The translations under genes and the position numbers were made by a program. The notes below the pieces were generated by a model. It was not told the origin of the DNA, did not search any database, and saw nothing but the letters and a program-made list of their open reading frames with translations. From a virus (Duplodnaviria; Caudoviricetes), in the IMG/VR virus record IMGVR_UViG_3300033485_000015, positions 1 through 54,915 of that record: a stretch of 54,915 nt of DNA, one strand, 5' to 3'. Below are positions 29,870-39,260 of the stretch, piece after piece; the stretch's first letter is position 1; the number at the start of each line of letters is the position of its first letter.

Positions 29870-31424
29870 AGAAATTATATTAGGTGGCCCTGGGGCTGGG
29901 AAGACTACTGAGCTGGTTAACAGATATAGGGACGCGCTGATTGATGGTGTCCATCCTAATGACATATTGCTTATTACATATACGCGAAAAGCGAGGCACG
30001 AGATACGTCGCAGGATCGCTGAGGAGTTCGGGCTAGAATATTCTGACCTCGATATGATACGTACGTTCCATTCCTTTTTGTGGACTTATGTTTTGCGGTG
30101 GTCTATGGCACTTTCTCTAAAAAAAGAGCATTTAGAGGATTTTGGGAGACAGAATGGGTACACTTTCCGTTTCTGGGACAAGGATGTGAATGCAATGTCT
30201 GTTGATACACTCGGGGGCACACTTTATTACTTACAGTATCTTATGCGCGTATTTAACCTGACTGAGAAAGAAACATGGGACAGGTTTATGTACCCGCGAT
30301 TATGTCCTGTGCGTCCGGTTGCGATAAAGACATTTAGTGAACAATACACCGCATATAAGGAAACTATGGGTCTTAAGGACTACCAAGATTGTATTGAGAA
30401 CGTTATTACGTCAGGACGTTCCCTAGGGTCATTTCATACTATAATGATTGATGAGGCGCAGGATTTGACAGGGACGTTATGGCAACTCCTTCCAAAGATA
30501 GAAGAATCAGCGCAAAACGTTATATTCGCAGGGGATGATGACCAATCTATCTACACATTCGGCGGGGCAGATGTTAAGAGTTTCTTGACGCTGACTGATG
30601 CAGGATATACCAAGACTGTATTGCCTCGATCGCATAGGATGCCTAGGGCGATATACGACTTCAGCCAAGCACTTATTCGTTTATTAGGGGATCGTAGATA
30701 TACGAAGGAATTTGCGCCGAAAGAGGAAGGCGGAAAGATAGGGATTGTCTCCTCTTTGGATAGTATTGATCTTGAGGATAGCCAGAGAACCTTTCTTCTT
30801 CTTGCTCCCACCAATTATTTAGCACAACAGACCTATATCGAGTATCTGCAACAGCGGGGATTGCCCTATATAACGAAGGGCGATTCTTTCAACGAGGCCA
30901 AGGATGTACAGGCTATCGCAGCATATGAAGCACTACAGGAGGGTAAGAATATTGATGGTAAATCCGCAGGGGTGCTTTATTCTCTTCTTCCGTCATCATG
31001 TATTGCTCATGGCTTTAAGAAAACACAGTTCGATCATAAAGGGCATTATGACAAGGACAGCCTGACACGTGACTTTGGTTACAGGGTTACGAATCAAAGG
31101 TGGGAGGACGTACTTATGATAAAGAGTACGCGGATTAATTATTTACTGAAAGTAGGCAAGAGTTATTCATGGTATGTTAAGCCCTGGATAGAAGTTGCTA
31201 CCATTCATGCGGCAAAGGGAGGGGAGGCCGATGTAGTTACATTGATGTGCGATATATCCTCCTCACAGGGGCGTATACACAAGCAAGATAAAGATGTACT
31301 TCGCCGATTATTTTACGTGGCGGCAACGAGGGCAAAGAGTGAATTATGGATGCTCTCCAGAAGAACAAGTCGTTTTTATGATGAATATTTAACTTTAACA
31401 AAGGAGTTTCGCAATGCGTACTAA
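29862..31424 (+). CDS. UvrD/Rep (SF1) helicase
   Basis: GGPGAGKTT, IDEAQD, AGDDDQSIY, TIHAAKGGEAD, FYVAATRAK. Confidence 0.92.
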   Translation: MNREIILGGPGAGKTTELVNRYRDALIDGVHPNDILLITYTRKARHEIRRRIAEEFGLEYSDLDMIRTFHSFLWTYVLRWSMALSLKKEHLEDFGRQNGYTFRFWDKDVNAMSVDTLGGTLYYLQYLMRVFNLTEKETWDRFMYPRLCPVRPVAIKTFSEQYTAYKETMGLKDYQDCIENVITSGRSLGSFHTIMIDEAQDLTGTLWQLLPKIEESAQNVIFAGDDDQSIYTFGGADVKSFLTLTDAGYTKTVLPRSHRMPRAIYDFSQALIRLLGDRRYTKEFAPKEEGGKIGIVSSLDSIDLEDSQRTFLLLAPTNYLAQQTYIEYLQQRGLPYITKGDSFNEAKDVQAIAAYEALQEGKNIDGKSAGVLYSLLPSSCIAHGFKKTQFDHKGHYDKDSLTRDFGYRVTNQRWEDVLMIKSTRINYLLKVGKSYSWYVKPWIEVATIHAAKGGEADVVTLMCDISSSQGRIHKQDKDVLRRLFYVAATRAKSELWMLSRRTSRFYDEYLTLTKEFRNAY

Positions 31425-32448
31425 AAGAGCTTTAATAACAGGGATCACCGGACAGGACGGAGCCTATTTGGCTAAGAACCTCGTACAGAAGGGGTATGAT
31501 GTTTACGGCTGCTTTAGGCGGAATGCCTCGGGGTCTGCATGGCGGCTACATGAATTAGGTATAGCCGATCAAGTAAAGATGTGTGAAATGGAGATGACGG
31601 AGCTATCCTGTATCATCAATGTCATTGACGCGGTGAAACCGGACGAAATCTATAACTTGGCTGCGCAAAGCTTCGTAGCAAGTGCGTTCCTGCAACCCTT
31701 CTATACCTCGAATGTGGATGGATTCGGAGCCGCACGTATTATGGAGGCAGTAAAACTGATGTATCGTGACAAGATTAAGATATATCAGGCGGGAACTTCC
31801 GAAATGTACGGTAAAGTGCAGGCTATCCCACAAACTGAGACAACGCCATTCTATCCACGATCACCTTATGGATGTGCCAAGGTTTACGCCTACTGGATGG
31901 GTATTAATTATCGTGAGTCTTATAATATGTTTATCACGAATGGGATTCTGTTTAATCACGAATCGCCTATCCGTGGCGAGGTATTTGTAACAAGAAAGAT
32001 TACTTCTATTCTGGCGCAAAAGGCCGCTGGGGTCATGAAGGAACCATTAATACTCGGGAATCTTGATGCTAAAAGGGATTGGGGTCATGCTGCGGATTAT
32101 GTGGAAGGTATGTGGTTAATGATGCAACAAGAAACACCAGGTGACTATATACTAGCTACAGGAGAAACGCACACTGTACGCGAATTCGTGAATCTTGCAG
32201 CGGAATTCTTTGGCTATGATTTGGTATGGGAAGGGGAAGGAGTAAACGAGCGTGCTATAGATGCGAGGACAAAAGAGGTTGTTGTATGCGTTAGCCCAGA
32301 GTTTTACCGTCCGGCGGAAGTTGATATTCTGCTCGGTGATCCAAGCAAAGCAGAGAGAGAACTGGGGTGGAAACGAACAGTTACCTTTGAAGAACTGGTT
32401 AGGGTTATGTGTCGCGCAGATCAAGCACGGGTACGGAGGATCGCATGA
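31414..32448 (+). CDS. gmd: GDP-mannose 4,6-dehydratase
   Basis: ALITGITGQDG, YNLAAQS, FYPRSPYGCAK, LFNHESP.RG..FVTRKI, GNLDAKRDWGHA. Confidence 0.96.
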   Translation: MRTKRALITGITGQDGAYLAKNLVQKGYDVYGCFRRNASGSAWRLHELGIADQVKMCEMEMTELSCIINVIDAVKPDEIYNLAAQSFVASAFLQPFYTSNVDGFGAARIMEAVKLMYRDKIKIYQAGTSEMYGKVQAIPQTETTPFYPRSPYGCAKVYAYWMGINYRESYNMFITNGILFNHESPIRGEVFVTRKITSILAQKAAGVMKEPLILGNLDAKRDWGHAADYVEGMWLMMQQETPGDYILATGETHTVREFVNLAAEFFGYDLVWEGEGVNERAIDARTKEVVVCVSPEFYRPAEVDILLGDPSKAERELGWKRTVTFEELVRVMCRADQARVRRIA

Positions 32449-33122
32449 CAAAACCAATTCGTTATTGGGTAAGAAGAACCCCTGAGGGGCGCATCGGATT
32501 TTATGCCGGAGAATTACACCCCACAGCATTGCGTTGGCATACACCGTCACGCAATGTTCTTCTGGTGCCTATACATGATTATTCTGAGTTAACGCATTGC
32601 CCTTTACTAAGCATTGACTACTTGCTTATGATATGTAACCGCTACACGCCGCAAGACCCTGGTTATTATAACCTTGAAAGATTTTCACGTTATGCCATAG
32701 CCAAGAAGGCGGATGAATATATCAGGAAGTTTATGCTGCGCTTTACAATCAATGCGCGGGCTCCAGTGATCAGTGCGTATAGGCTGAAATACGATCCTGA
32801 TATATCTATAGACCCACAGGAGACAATACGCCCTGTTAACCGCTTCACTCGGTTATGGTACACCCTAGAGATGCTTAAACGCGGAACCACTTTGGATGAA
32901 CTAAGATTCCTATCTGGTCAGTCTCGGATTCCGAATTGCCCTCCTATTAAAGGAAAGCGTCTAACAAGGCAGTCAATGGTTGTGTTCCTATACGGGCGTG
33001 TTACTAGGGAACTAGGTTACGGTATAGAGACACGTACCCAGGAAGTTAAAGGCGAGACAGTAAGGACGTACCATTTATTATATCCTGAAGGATATGACGC
33101 GCCAAAATACATTTTCAAATAA
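32445..33122 (+). CDS. Hypothetical protein (possible C-terminal wHTH)
   Basis: ATGA overlap with gmd; GGAGG RBS. Confidence 0.55.
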   Translation: MTKPIRYWVRRTPEGRIGFYAGELHPTALRWHTPSRNVLLVPIHDYSELTHCPLLSIDYLLMICNRYTPQDPGYYNLERFSRYAIAKKADEYIRKFMLRFTINARAPVISAYRLKYDPDISIDPQETIRPVNRFTRLWYTLEMLKRGTTLDELRFLSGQSRIPNCPPIKGKRLTRQSMVVFLYGRVTRELGYGIETRTQEVKGETVRTYHLLYPEGYDAPKYIFK

Positions 33123-33131
33123 GAGCTTCGA

Positions 33132-35183
33132 ATGGAACAATTAGGGTTTTGGAATACCAGTGTATACGTTGGTAAAACAGCTTCGGAAAAGATGAATAAA
33201 TACCGACTGGTAAGCGAACCGGACTGGACGCCGCCCAAGGAGTACAAGTCATTCCGTGATTTACCTCGCATTGGATTGGATATTGAGTCATACGATCCGA
33301 GCCTGAAAAAGAAGGGTTCAGGAGCTTTGACGGATGAAGCATTTATTGTAGGGGTGTCTATTGCGTACGAAGACGGGTCTATTTATTACCCGTTACGTCA
33401 TGAGAGAGGAAGGAATGTTGCTAACCCTGCCGGTTTTATTGCTTGGTTGAAAGAAGAAGCAAAGACATATAGTGGTTCTCTTGTAGGCGCGAATTTGTTG
33501 TATGACTTGTTTTTCCTTGCATCAGAAGGCGTGCATTTCCCACTGGCTAAGATTGACGACGTACAGTACGCCGCCGCATTGATTGATGAGTGCGCGGATA
33601 GCTATTCTTTATCCACGTTAGCGAAAACATATCTGAATGACAGAAAGTACAGCAATGAGTTGGAGGAGATATACGGAAAAGATTACATAAAAAACATGCC
33701 TAGGCTACATGCTGGACATGTACAACTCTATGCTAACCAAGATACGCAGTTGCCTCTGCGTATTATAGACAAGCAATACGAGATCATGAAGGATCAGCAA
33801 TTAATGGATGTCTACAAAGTTGAACAAGGCATTGTCCCATTGATGCTACGAATGAAGGAGCAAGGCGTTAGGATTGATTTGGAGAAGGCGGAGAGAGCCT
33901 ATACCGTATTGCAAGAGCGGGCTGCATCATGCGCGGCGCAAATAAAAGATGTTGTTGGGTTAGAAGTAAATGTCTGGGCGGCGGATTCTATTGCAAAGGC
34001 CTTCGATAAACAGGGTATTCCCTATCCACGCACGAAGACAGGTAAGCCTTCTTTTGTGAAAAGCTGGTTGGAATCCCACCAAGCAAAGGAAGCGCGTCTT
34101 ATTGTGGAGCAGCGGAAGTATGAGAGAATGGCTAACACCTTCGTTAAGGGGTACATCCTCGAGGGAAATATGGGTGGTCGCATACATTGTACATTCAATC
34201 AGTTAAGAAGTGATGAGGATGGTACTGTATCGGGGCGGTTCTCTTCCTCTAATCCGAATTTGCAGAATATTCCAGCGCGTGACCCAGAACTTGGGCCGCT
34301 CTTACGATCTATGTTTATCCCAGAAGAAGGGTATCTCTGGGGGGCTATTGATTGGTCACAAATAGAGTTTCGATTTTTGATCCATATGTGTGCGGCTTTG
34401 CGAATATCGGGTGTTGAACAGGCTCTTAATATGTACCGTGCCGACCCGACAACAGATTTTCACAATATTGCGGCAAGTATCACAGGAACGCCTAGAAGTG
34501 TAGCAAAGAATATTAATTTTGGTGTGGTTTATGGTATGGGTGCGGCAAAGATGGCTGCTAGTTTGGGTACTTCGCAAGGCAAAGCCACGCAGATGCTAGA
34601 AGAATTCCACACAAGACTTCCTTTTCTTAAGGCGGTGTCTCAACATTATGTCCGAATGGCAGAAGAGAAGGGGTATATTGCAACGATTTTGGGTCGCCGT
34701 CGTCGGTTCAACGAATGGGAAGTGACATACCAGAAGGAAGGCACAAGGACGACAGATACATACTACACTTTAAAGAAGAAGCATATCTCAGCTATTCCTG
34801 ACTATTTACCCTCGTTAAAGAAGCTGAAGGAGTATATAGAGGAATTCGACGGGGTGCCTACCTTTGATGATGTGGTTAAGGATGTTCCGCTTAAAGTACG
34901 GATTCAGCGTTCCCAGACATACGCGGCTCTTAATGCGCAATTGCAAGGCTCCGCCGCTGATTTAATGAAGGTTTGCATGCTTAAGATGTGGGATGACGGT
35001 GTCTTTAATACGTTGGTTCCACACCTGACTGTACACGACGAACTAGATATGTCCATACCAAACACAAAGGAAGGTAAGGAAGCCTTCGCGCATGCTCAAT
35101 GGTTGATGGAAAACACTATGAAGTTAAATGTACCGCTTATTGCTGTTGCTAAACTAGGGAATAATTGGTCTGAATGTAAGTAA
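33132..35183 (+). CDS. polA: Family A DNA polymerase with 3'-5' exonuclease
   Basis: LDIES exonuclease motif, SGRFSS.NPNLQNIP, DWSQIEFR, AKNINFGVVYG, VHDELD. Confidence 0.96.
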   Translation: MEQLGFWNTSVYVGKTASEKMNKYRLVSEPDWTPPKEYKSFRDLPRIGLDIESYDPSLKKKGSGALTDEAFIVGVSIAYEDGSIYYPLRHERGRNVANPAGFIAWLKEEAKTYSGSLVGANLLYDLFFLASEGVHFPLAKIDDVQYAAALIDECADSYSLSTLAKTYLNDRKYSNELEEIYGKDYIKNMPRLHAGHVQLYANQDTQLPLRIIDKQYEIMKDQQLMDVYKVEQGIVPLMLRMKEQGVRIDLEKAERAYTVLQERAASCAAQIKDVVGLEVNVWAADSIAKAFDKQGIPYPRTKTGKPSFVKSWLESHQAKEARLIVEQRKYERMANTFVKGYILEGNMGGRIHCTFNQLRSDEDGTVSGRFSSSNPNLQNIPARDPELGPLLRSMFIPEEGYLWGAIDWSQIEFRFLIHMCAALRISGVEQALNMYRADPTTDFHNIAASITGTPRSVAKNINFGVVYGMGAAKMAASLGTSQGKATQMLEEFHTRLPFLKAVSQHYVRMAEEKGYIATILGRRRRFNEWEVTYQKEGTRTTDTYYTLKKKHISAIPDYLPSLKKLKEYIEEFDGVPTFDDVVKDVPLKVRIQRSQTYAALNAQLQGSAADLMKVCMLKMWDDGVFNTLVPHLTVHDELDMSIPNTKEGKEAFAHAQWLMENTMKLNVPLIAVAKLGNNWSECK

Positions 35184-35186
35184 TAA

Positions 35187-35215
35187 TTGACTATAGGTTA
35201 TAAACAGCTTATACT
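35187..35215 (+). promoter_or_regulatory. Sigma70-like promoter for the PMM/NTase genes, with a palindromic operator-like box
   Basis: TTGACT-17 bp-TATACT; contains TATAAACAGCTTATA, also present at 25271-25285. Confidence 0.72.
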
Positions 35216-35241
35216 CTTATTGATTCAATAAAAGGAATTCT

Positions 35242-35994
35242 ATGAAAAAGTGTGTTGTTTTTGATTTTGAGGGAGCTTTATATACTACCAATCAGGCACA
35301 GAAAGAAACTATTTTACGTGCGCTATACAAACTCTGCAAAAAAGAGAATGTAAATGTTGTCGTAAGTGCAGAGTCGTCCCATGACGCTGTTGTAAAATAC
35401 CTTGGTAACGTATCAACAAAGCTGTTGTTAATTTCCAGTAAGTGCGGAACGCTTATAAAGGATAGGGAAGGTTATATTGTATATGACGCACCGCCCCGCG
35501 ACCTTTCGTTCACGCCGGATATGCTTGCGGATATAATGCAACATCACCATGCTAATTGTTACAGATACAAAACGCCTTGGGATGCCAGTGTCAATCTTAG
35601 CTTTTTGCACCCTCTTATTGTGAAATACCGTATCTTGGGGAACCAAGACCAACGAGTTGCGCATTATAAGGCATATGATGAACAATTAATGGATAGATAT
35701 ATGCTGTGCGGACTTCTTACGAAAAAGTATAGCCATATACAAGCTGTAGTCAGTGCGGATGATGGTGTCCTGATAATTCCTAAAGGTATAGGTAAAGGTA
35801 GTATAGCTGAAGTTTTGAGTACTTATTATGGCGCAGAAATGAGTTATTATATCTTTGGTGATAGATTTCATCCTTACCATACCGATGATGCTTTATTCCG
35901 CAAATTCAAAGATTTCTTTTTACCTACAGTACATATACAATGTCATAGTGCTAAGAATACAACCCAGATGATAGAGAGATTATTTCTATGTTGA
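35242..35994 (+). CDS. HAD-family phosphomannomutase-like protein (divergent motif I)
   Basis: VVFDFEGAL (DxDG-like), IIPKGIGK, YIFGDR...D; resembles eukaryotic-type PMM/HAD-IIB. Confidence 0.62.
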   Translation: MKKCVVFDFEGALYTTNQAQKETILRALYKLCKKENVNVVVSAESSHDAVVKYLGNVSTKLLLISSKCGTLIKDREGYIVYDAPPRDLSFTPDMLADIMQHHHANCYRYKTPWDASVNLSFLHPLIVKYRILGNQDQRVAHYKAYDEQLMDRYMLCGLLTKKYSHIQAVVSADDGVLIIPKGIGKGSIAEVLSTYYGAEMSYYIFGDRFHPYHTDDALFRKFKDFFLPTVHIQCHSAKNTTQMIERLFLC

Positions 35995-36845
35995 ATTATG
36001 ACAGTTATCTCCGCCGTTGCTGTAAGATAAGAGAAGTTATAACCACAAAGCGGCTTGATCCTACCTTACCCGCATTCAGCGATGATCTGAATTATATATT
36101 ATTTGGTCTTGGTTTACCTGAGGCTGCTATTGTAGAGGTGGAGCGGTTATTAAATATTGATGATGAAACAACTCGTGGTCGTCCTACAGTAGCGGTCAGT
36201 GGTGGGTTTGACCCGCTACATGGCGGGCATTTAGACATGATCGAAGAGGCGGCTAGTATAGGGGATGTCATTGTGATCCTTAATACTGACGCATGGCTAG
36301 AACGTAAGAAAGGGTTTGTATTTCTTCCTTTCGCAGACAGAGCACGCATCCTTGGCGCGTTGCGCGGTGTGGTTAAGGTGGTTGAGGCGAAGGATCATAA
36401 CAACACTGTGGAAGAAACGCTCGCTGAATTGCGGCCGTCTATTTTCCTTAATGGAGGGGATAGGAAAGAGGATAACACGCCAGAGAACCGTATTTGCGCT
36501 GAGTTAGGAATAGAAATGCGCTTCAACGTAGGAGGCGGAAAAACAAATAGTTCATCGACTATCGCCACACGCCGGAAGGTGCAAAGGAAATGGGGTTCCT
36601 ACACGGTGCTTCACGAAGAACCAAATGTGAAGGTGAAATTGCTGGAGATTGAGCCAGGGAATCAAGGTTCACCACAAACACATAATGCACGTAAAGAAAT
36701 CTGGGTGCCTCTAACTGGCGGGGAAGTGAAAGTTATTGAATGCAACGAATTACACGATCTGCGCAATGATAGTGGGCAGGTTCAACGATTCATCGAAGTG
36801 CAGATAGGAATTGATCCTACAGAAGACGACATAGAACGCCATTAA
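35988..36845 (+). CDS. HIGH-family (cytidylyltransferase-like) nucleotidyltransferase fused to a ManC-type PMI cupin
   Basis: VSGGFDPLHGGH, NGGDR...NTPE, GGGKTNSSS; then RKWGSYTVL...VKVKLL.I.PG...Q.H..R.E.W. Confidence 0.85.
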   Translation: MLNYDSYLRRCCKIREVITTKRLDPTLPAFSDDLNYILFGLGLPEAAIVEVERLLNIDDETTRGRPTVAVSGGFDPLHGGHLDMIEEAASIGDVIVILNTDAWLERKKGFVFLPFADRARILGALRGVVKVVEAKDHNNTVEETLAELRPSIFLNGGDRKEDNTPENRICAELGIEMRFNVGGGKTNSSSTIATRRKVQRKWGSYTVLHEEPNVKVKLLEIEPGNQGSPQTHNARKEIWVPLTGGEVKVIECNELHDLRNDSGQVQRFIEVQIGIDPTEDDIERH

Positions 36846-36923
36846 CCCTTTATTAATCTATATGTTATATATCAGGACATACACAATTCGAATAGTAGGT
36901 TGTCTTATACTGTTGCTGTTCGG

Positions 36924-36948
36924 AGGTGTAGCCACAGTTGCTACACCT
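36924..36948 (+). terminator. Hairpin, possible terminator
   Basis: AGGTGTAGC-7 nt-GCTACACCT followed by an A/T-rich tract. Confidence 0.5.
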
Positions 36949-37000
36949 ATTATTACTTTTTTTGTTGCACTTAAATATCTAATCACAGGAGACGTGTCGA

Positions 37001-37261
37001 ATGGGGCAAGTGATAAGTTTTAACGAAAAAAAGAAAGACAGGGATATGGAGCAATTCGTTAATATCATGGATCGACTAAATAATGCCTTTGAGTCTGGTA
37101 CTATCCAATCGCTAGGCGTTGTATGCGTCATGCGCGAAGAAGGCGAAACAGAGGATGCTGTGTTTACATCCTATGCCATAGGAGCAAATGGTAGTTACTT
37201 TGCCCTGTTGTCGGGTACGTCGATGTTGCAGCAACGTGTTGTGAGCCTATCCAGTGAGTGA
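37001..37261 (+). CDS. Hypothetical protein
   Basis: AGGAG RBS; overlaps the next gene. Confidence 0.65.
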   Translation: MGQVISFNEKKKDRDMEQFVNIMDRLNNAFESGTIQSLGVVCVMREEGETEDAVFTSYAIGANGSYFALLSGTSMLQQRVVSLSSE

Positions 37262-37673
37262 AGCATCCGCCTGGGCAACCCTAAGAAAGAGTATTGCGGA
37301 ATATACACAGGATATTCAGCGATTTGAAGACGTACTAAGTCGAGGAATACCTGACACTAATTTCTGCTACAAAGGAAAAGAAATCTGGTTAGAGGGTAAG
37401 TACGTTAAAGCATTGCCAAAACGCAATACCACACCTTTGAAAGTAGGCTTGCGCCCCGAACAAGAGGCGTGGTTGTCCCGCCGAAGTAAGAGTGGTGGCT
37501 CCTGTTTCGTCTGGGTGCGCATCAATTGTCCTGGGTCGTCGATTAATGGGTGGTACTTGTCACAGGATTTCGCCGCATTGCGGGAGGGTTTCCCCCTATC
37601 AGAAATGACATTCCACATGCAATATTTCAAAACAGCGGGGGAATTAACTTCCCGCCTTATTGAACTGGCCTAG
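37254..37673 (+). CDS. PD-(D/E)xK nuclease (VRR-NUC / RecU-like resolvase)
   Basis: R.E....GIPD......IWLEGK...LRPEQ.AW. Confidence 0.8.
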   Translation: MSEASAWATLRKSIAEYTQDIQRFEDVLSRGIPDTNFCYKGKEIWLEGKYVKALPKRNTTPLKVGLRPEQEAWLSRRSKSGGSCFVWVRINCPGSSINGWYLSQDFAALREGFPLSEMTFHMQYFKTAGELTSRLIELA

Positions 37674-38864
37674 GGTAGAAATTAAATGGTCTGTCATTTC
37701 CACAGTCATGAACGGAGATAACCCCCAGAATAACCCACAACTATGCACCTTATCCGCACCAGCAAGACCTCCTGTATGTACCCTATGTGGTAATTGAAGA
37801 CGGGACGTCGTGAAAACAGGATGTTTAACAAGGTTTCCGGCTATGATAGGACGTGTTTCTATACCATTGCTCTCTAGGAAATTCCGTAAATCGTCTCGTT
37901 GCTCCTCACTATCACATAATACAGGATAGCCGAATAATGCTGGGTCAGCACCCTCTGTATAAGCCATAGGTTTAATACCGAGGTTCAAGTCATACATTTC
38001 CTGTGTAATCATTGAAGCAATGGCTTTTCTCCGCTCGTTCAATGTTGATAAGCGCGTAAGTTGGCGTAATCCGAATGCTGCATTTATTTCTGTAGGTCTG
38101 AGATTATAACCCATAGACAGGAAGAGGAAACGGAGGTCTTTACCACCAAGAGCTTTGATTGTGTCTTGATCCTCTAAATGTCTGCTCCAGCCGTGTGACC
38201 GTGACATACGCAATTGGTCATTATGTATGGCTGTCCTAGAACATACCATGCCCCCCTCAATCGTTGTGATATGATGTGAGAAGAAGAAGGAGAAGGTGGA
38301 GAAATCCCCAAAGGAACCCACATACTTATCTTTATATTTCGCGCCTAAAGATTCGCAACAGTCCTCAATAAGGACAAGTCTATGTTTATCACACAATGCT
38401 ATCAGATGATCCATGTTGCAGGTGTTTCCTAACACATGCACTGCCATAATAGCCACGGTCTTATCAGTGATGGCCTGTTCTACATGGGCAGTATTCATTT
38501 GTAGCGTTAGCGGGTCAGAGTCTACAAATACGGGTTTAAATCCGCACTGAATAATAGGAAATACGCTGGTTGACCAAGTGAGCGCGGGGACAATAACCTC
38601 CAACTCATTATTCATCAGTAGAGCGTCGTTATTGCGTGTATATGACATTTCTACTTGGAGCGCATTAAGGGCGAGCAGGTTAGCAGAGCTTCCGCTATTA
38701 ACGAACGTCGAATGTGGAACCTTGAGATACTGAGAGAATTTCGTTTCGAACTCCTTACAGAGTGACCCCATTGTTACATAACCACCGTCGAGGACTTCCT
38801 TTGCTGCATTGATCTCTGCATCGTCATAGGTAGATACATTCAGAGGTACGATATAATTAGTCAT
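37644..38864 (-). CDS. colD: PLP-dependent GDP-4-keto-6-deoxymannose 3-dehydratase (ColD/WbdK-like, DegT family)
   Basis: VNSGSSANLL, VPALTWST, IEDCCES.GA, FSFFFSHHITTIEGG (His at the catalytic Lys position), HGWSR, GYNLRPTE. Confidence 0.82.
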   Translation of the reverse strand: MTNYIVPLNVSTYDDAEINAAKEVLDGGYVTMGSLCKEFETKFSQYLKVPHSTFVNSGSSANLLALNALQVEMSYTRNNDALLMNNELEVIVPALTWSTSVFPIIQCGFKPVFVDSDPLTLQMNTAHVEQAITDKTVAIMAVHVLGNTCNMDHLIALCDKHRLVLIEDCCESLGAKYKDKYVGSFGDFSTFSFFFSHHITTIEGGMVCSRTAIHNDQLRMSRSHGWSRHLEDQDTIKALGGKDLRFLFLSMGYNLRPTEINAAFGLRQLTRLSTLNERRKAIASMITQEMYDLNLGIKPMAYTEGADPALFGYPVLCDSEEQRDDLRNFLESNGIETRPIIAGNLVKHPVFTTSRLQLPHRVHTGGLAGADKVHSCGLFWGLSPFMTVEMTDHLISTLGQFNKAGS

Positions 38865-38865
38865 G

Positions 38866-39003
38866 TTATTTCTTCTTTTTGTGTTTTGATCTGTTGATAG
38901 CACGTTCTTGCTTTTCTGCTTCTTTCTTTGTCTTATGCTTACCCAAGACTTTCCCTGTTGTTTTAGATACAAGAACGTAACCAGATTTTTGTTTCTTTAT
39001 CAT
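38866..39003 (-). CDS. Small basic protein (45 aa; not in the ORF track)
   Basis: MIKKQKSGYVLVSKTTGKVLGKHKTKKEAEKQERAINRSKHKKKK; ATGA overlap with the upstream gene. Confidence 0.6.
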   Translation of the reverse strand: MIKKQKSGYVLVSKTTGKVLGKHKTKKEAEKQERAINRSKHKKKK

Positions 39004-39260
39004 TGCCAGAACTCCTTTTTATGAATAACTGTCAAAGTGTAGCCTTTCTGTTCAAGCAGGTCTAGCATTTGTATAAGTTTCGGTACAGCCTCGCCATTCT
39101 TCCAGTGGTAATATGTACGTGAAGTTATACCCGCGTCTTTACATATCTTCCTTACGTTGATGTACCCCCGTTTTCGGGTGTAGGTAGGAAAGATAATATC
39201 AAGGAAGTCATGAATCAGTCTCTTGTGGTTGTCGTTTAGCTGATCTTTTGATCTTCGCAT
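39000..39260 (-). CDS. Xre-type HTH protein
   Basis: ICKDAGITSRTYYHWKNGEAVPKL. Confidence 0.75.
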   Translation of the reverse strand: MRRSKDQLNDNHKRLIHDFLDIIFPTYTRKRGYINVRKICKDAGITSRTYYHWKNGEAVPKLIQMLDLLEQKGYTLTVIHKKEFWQ

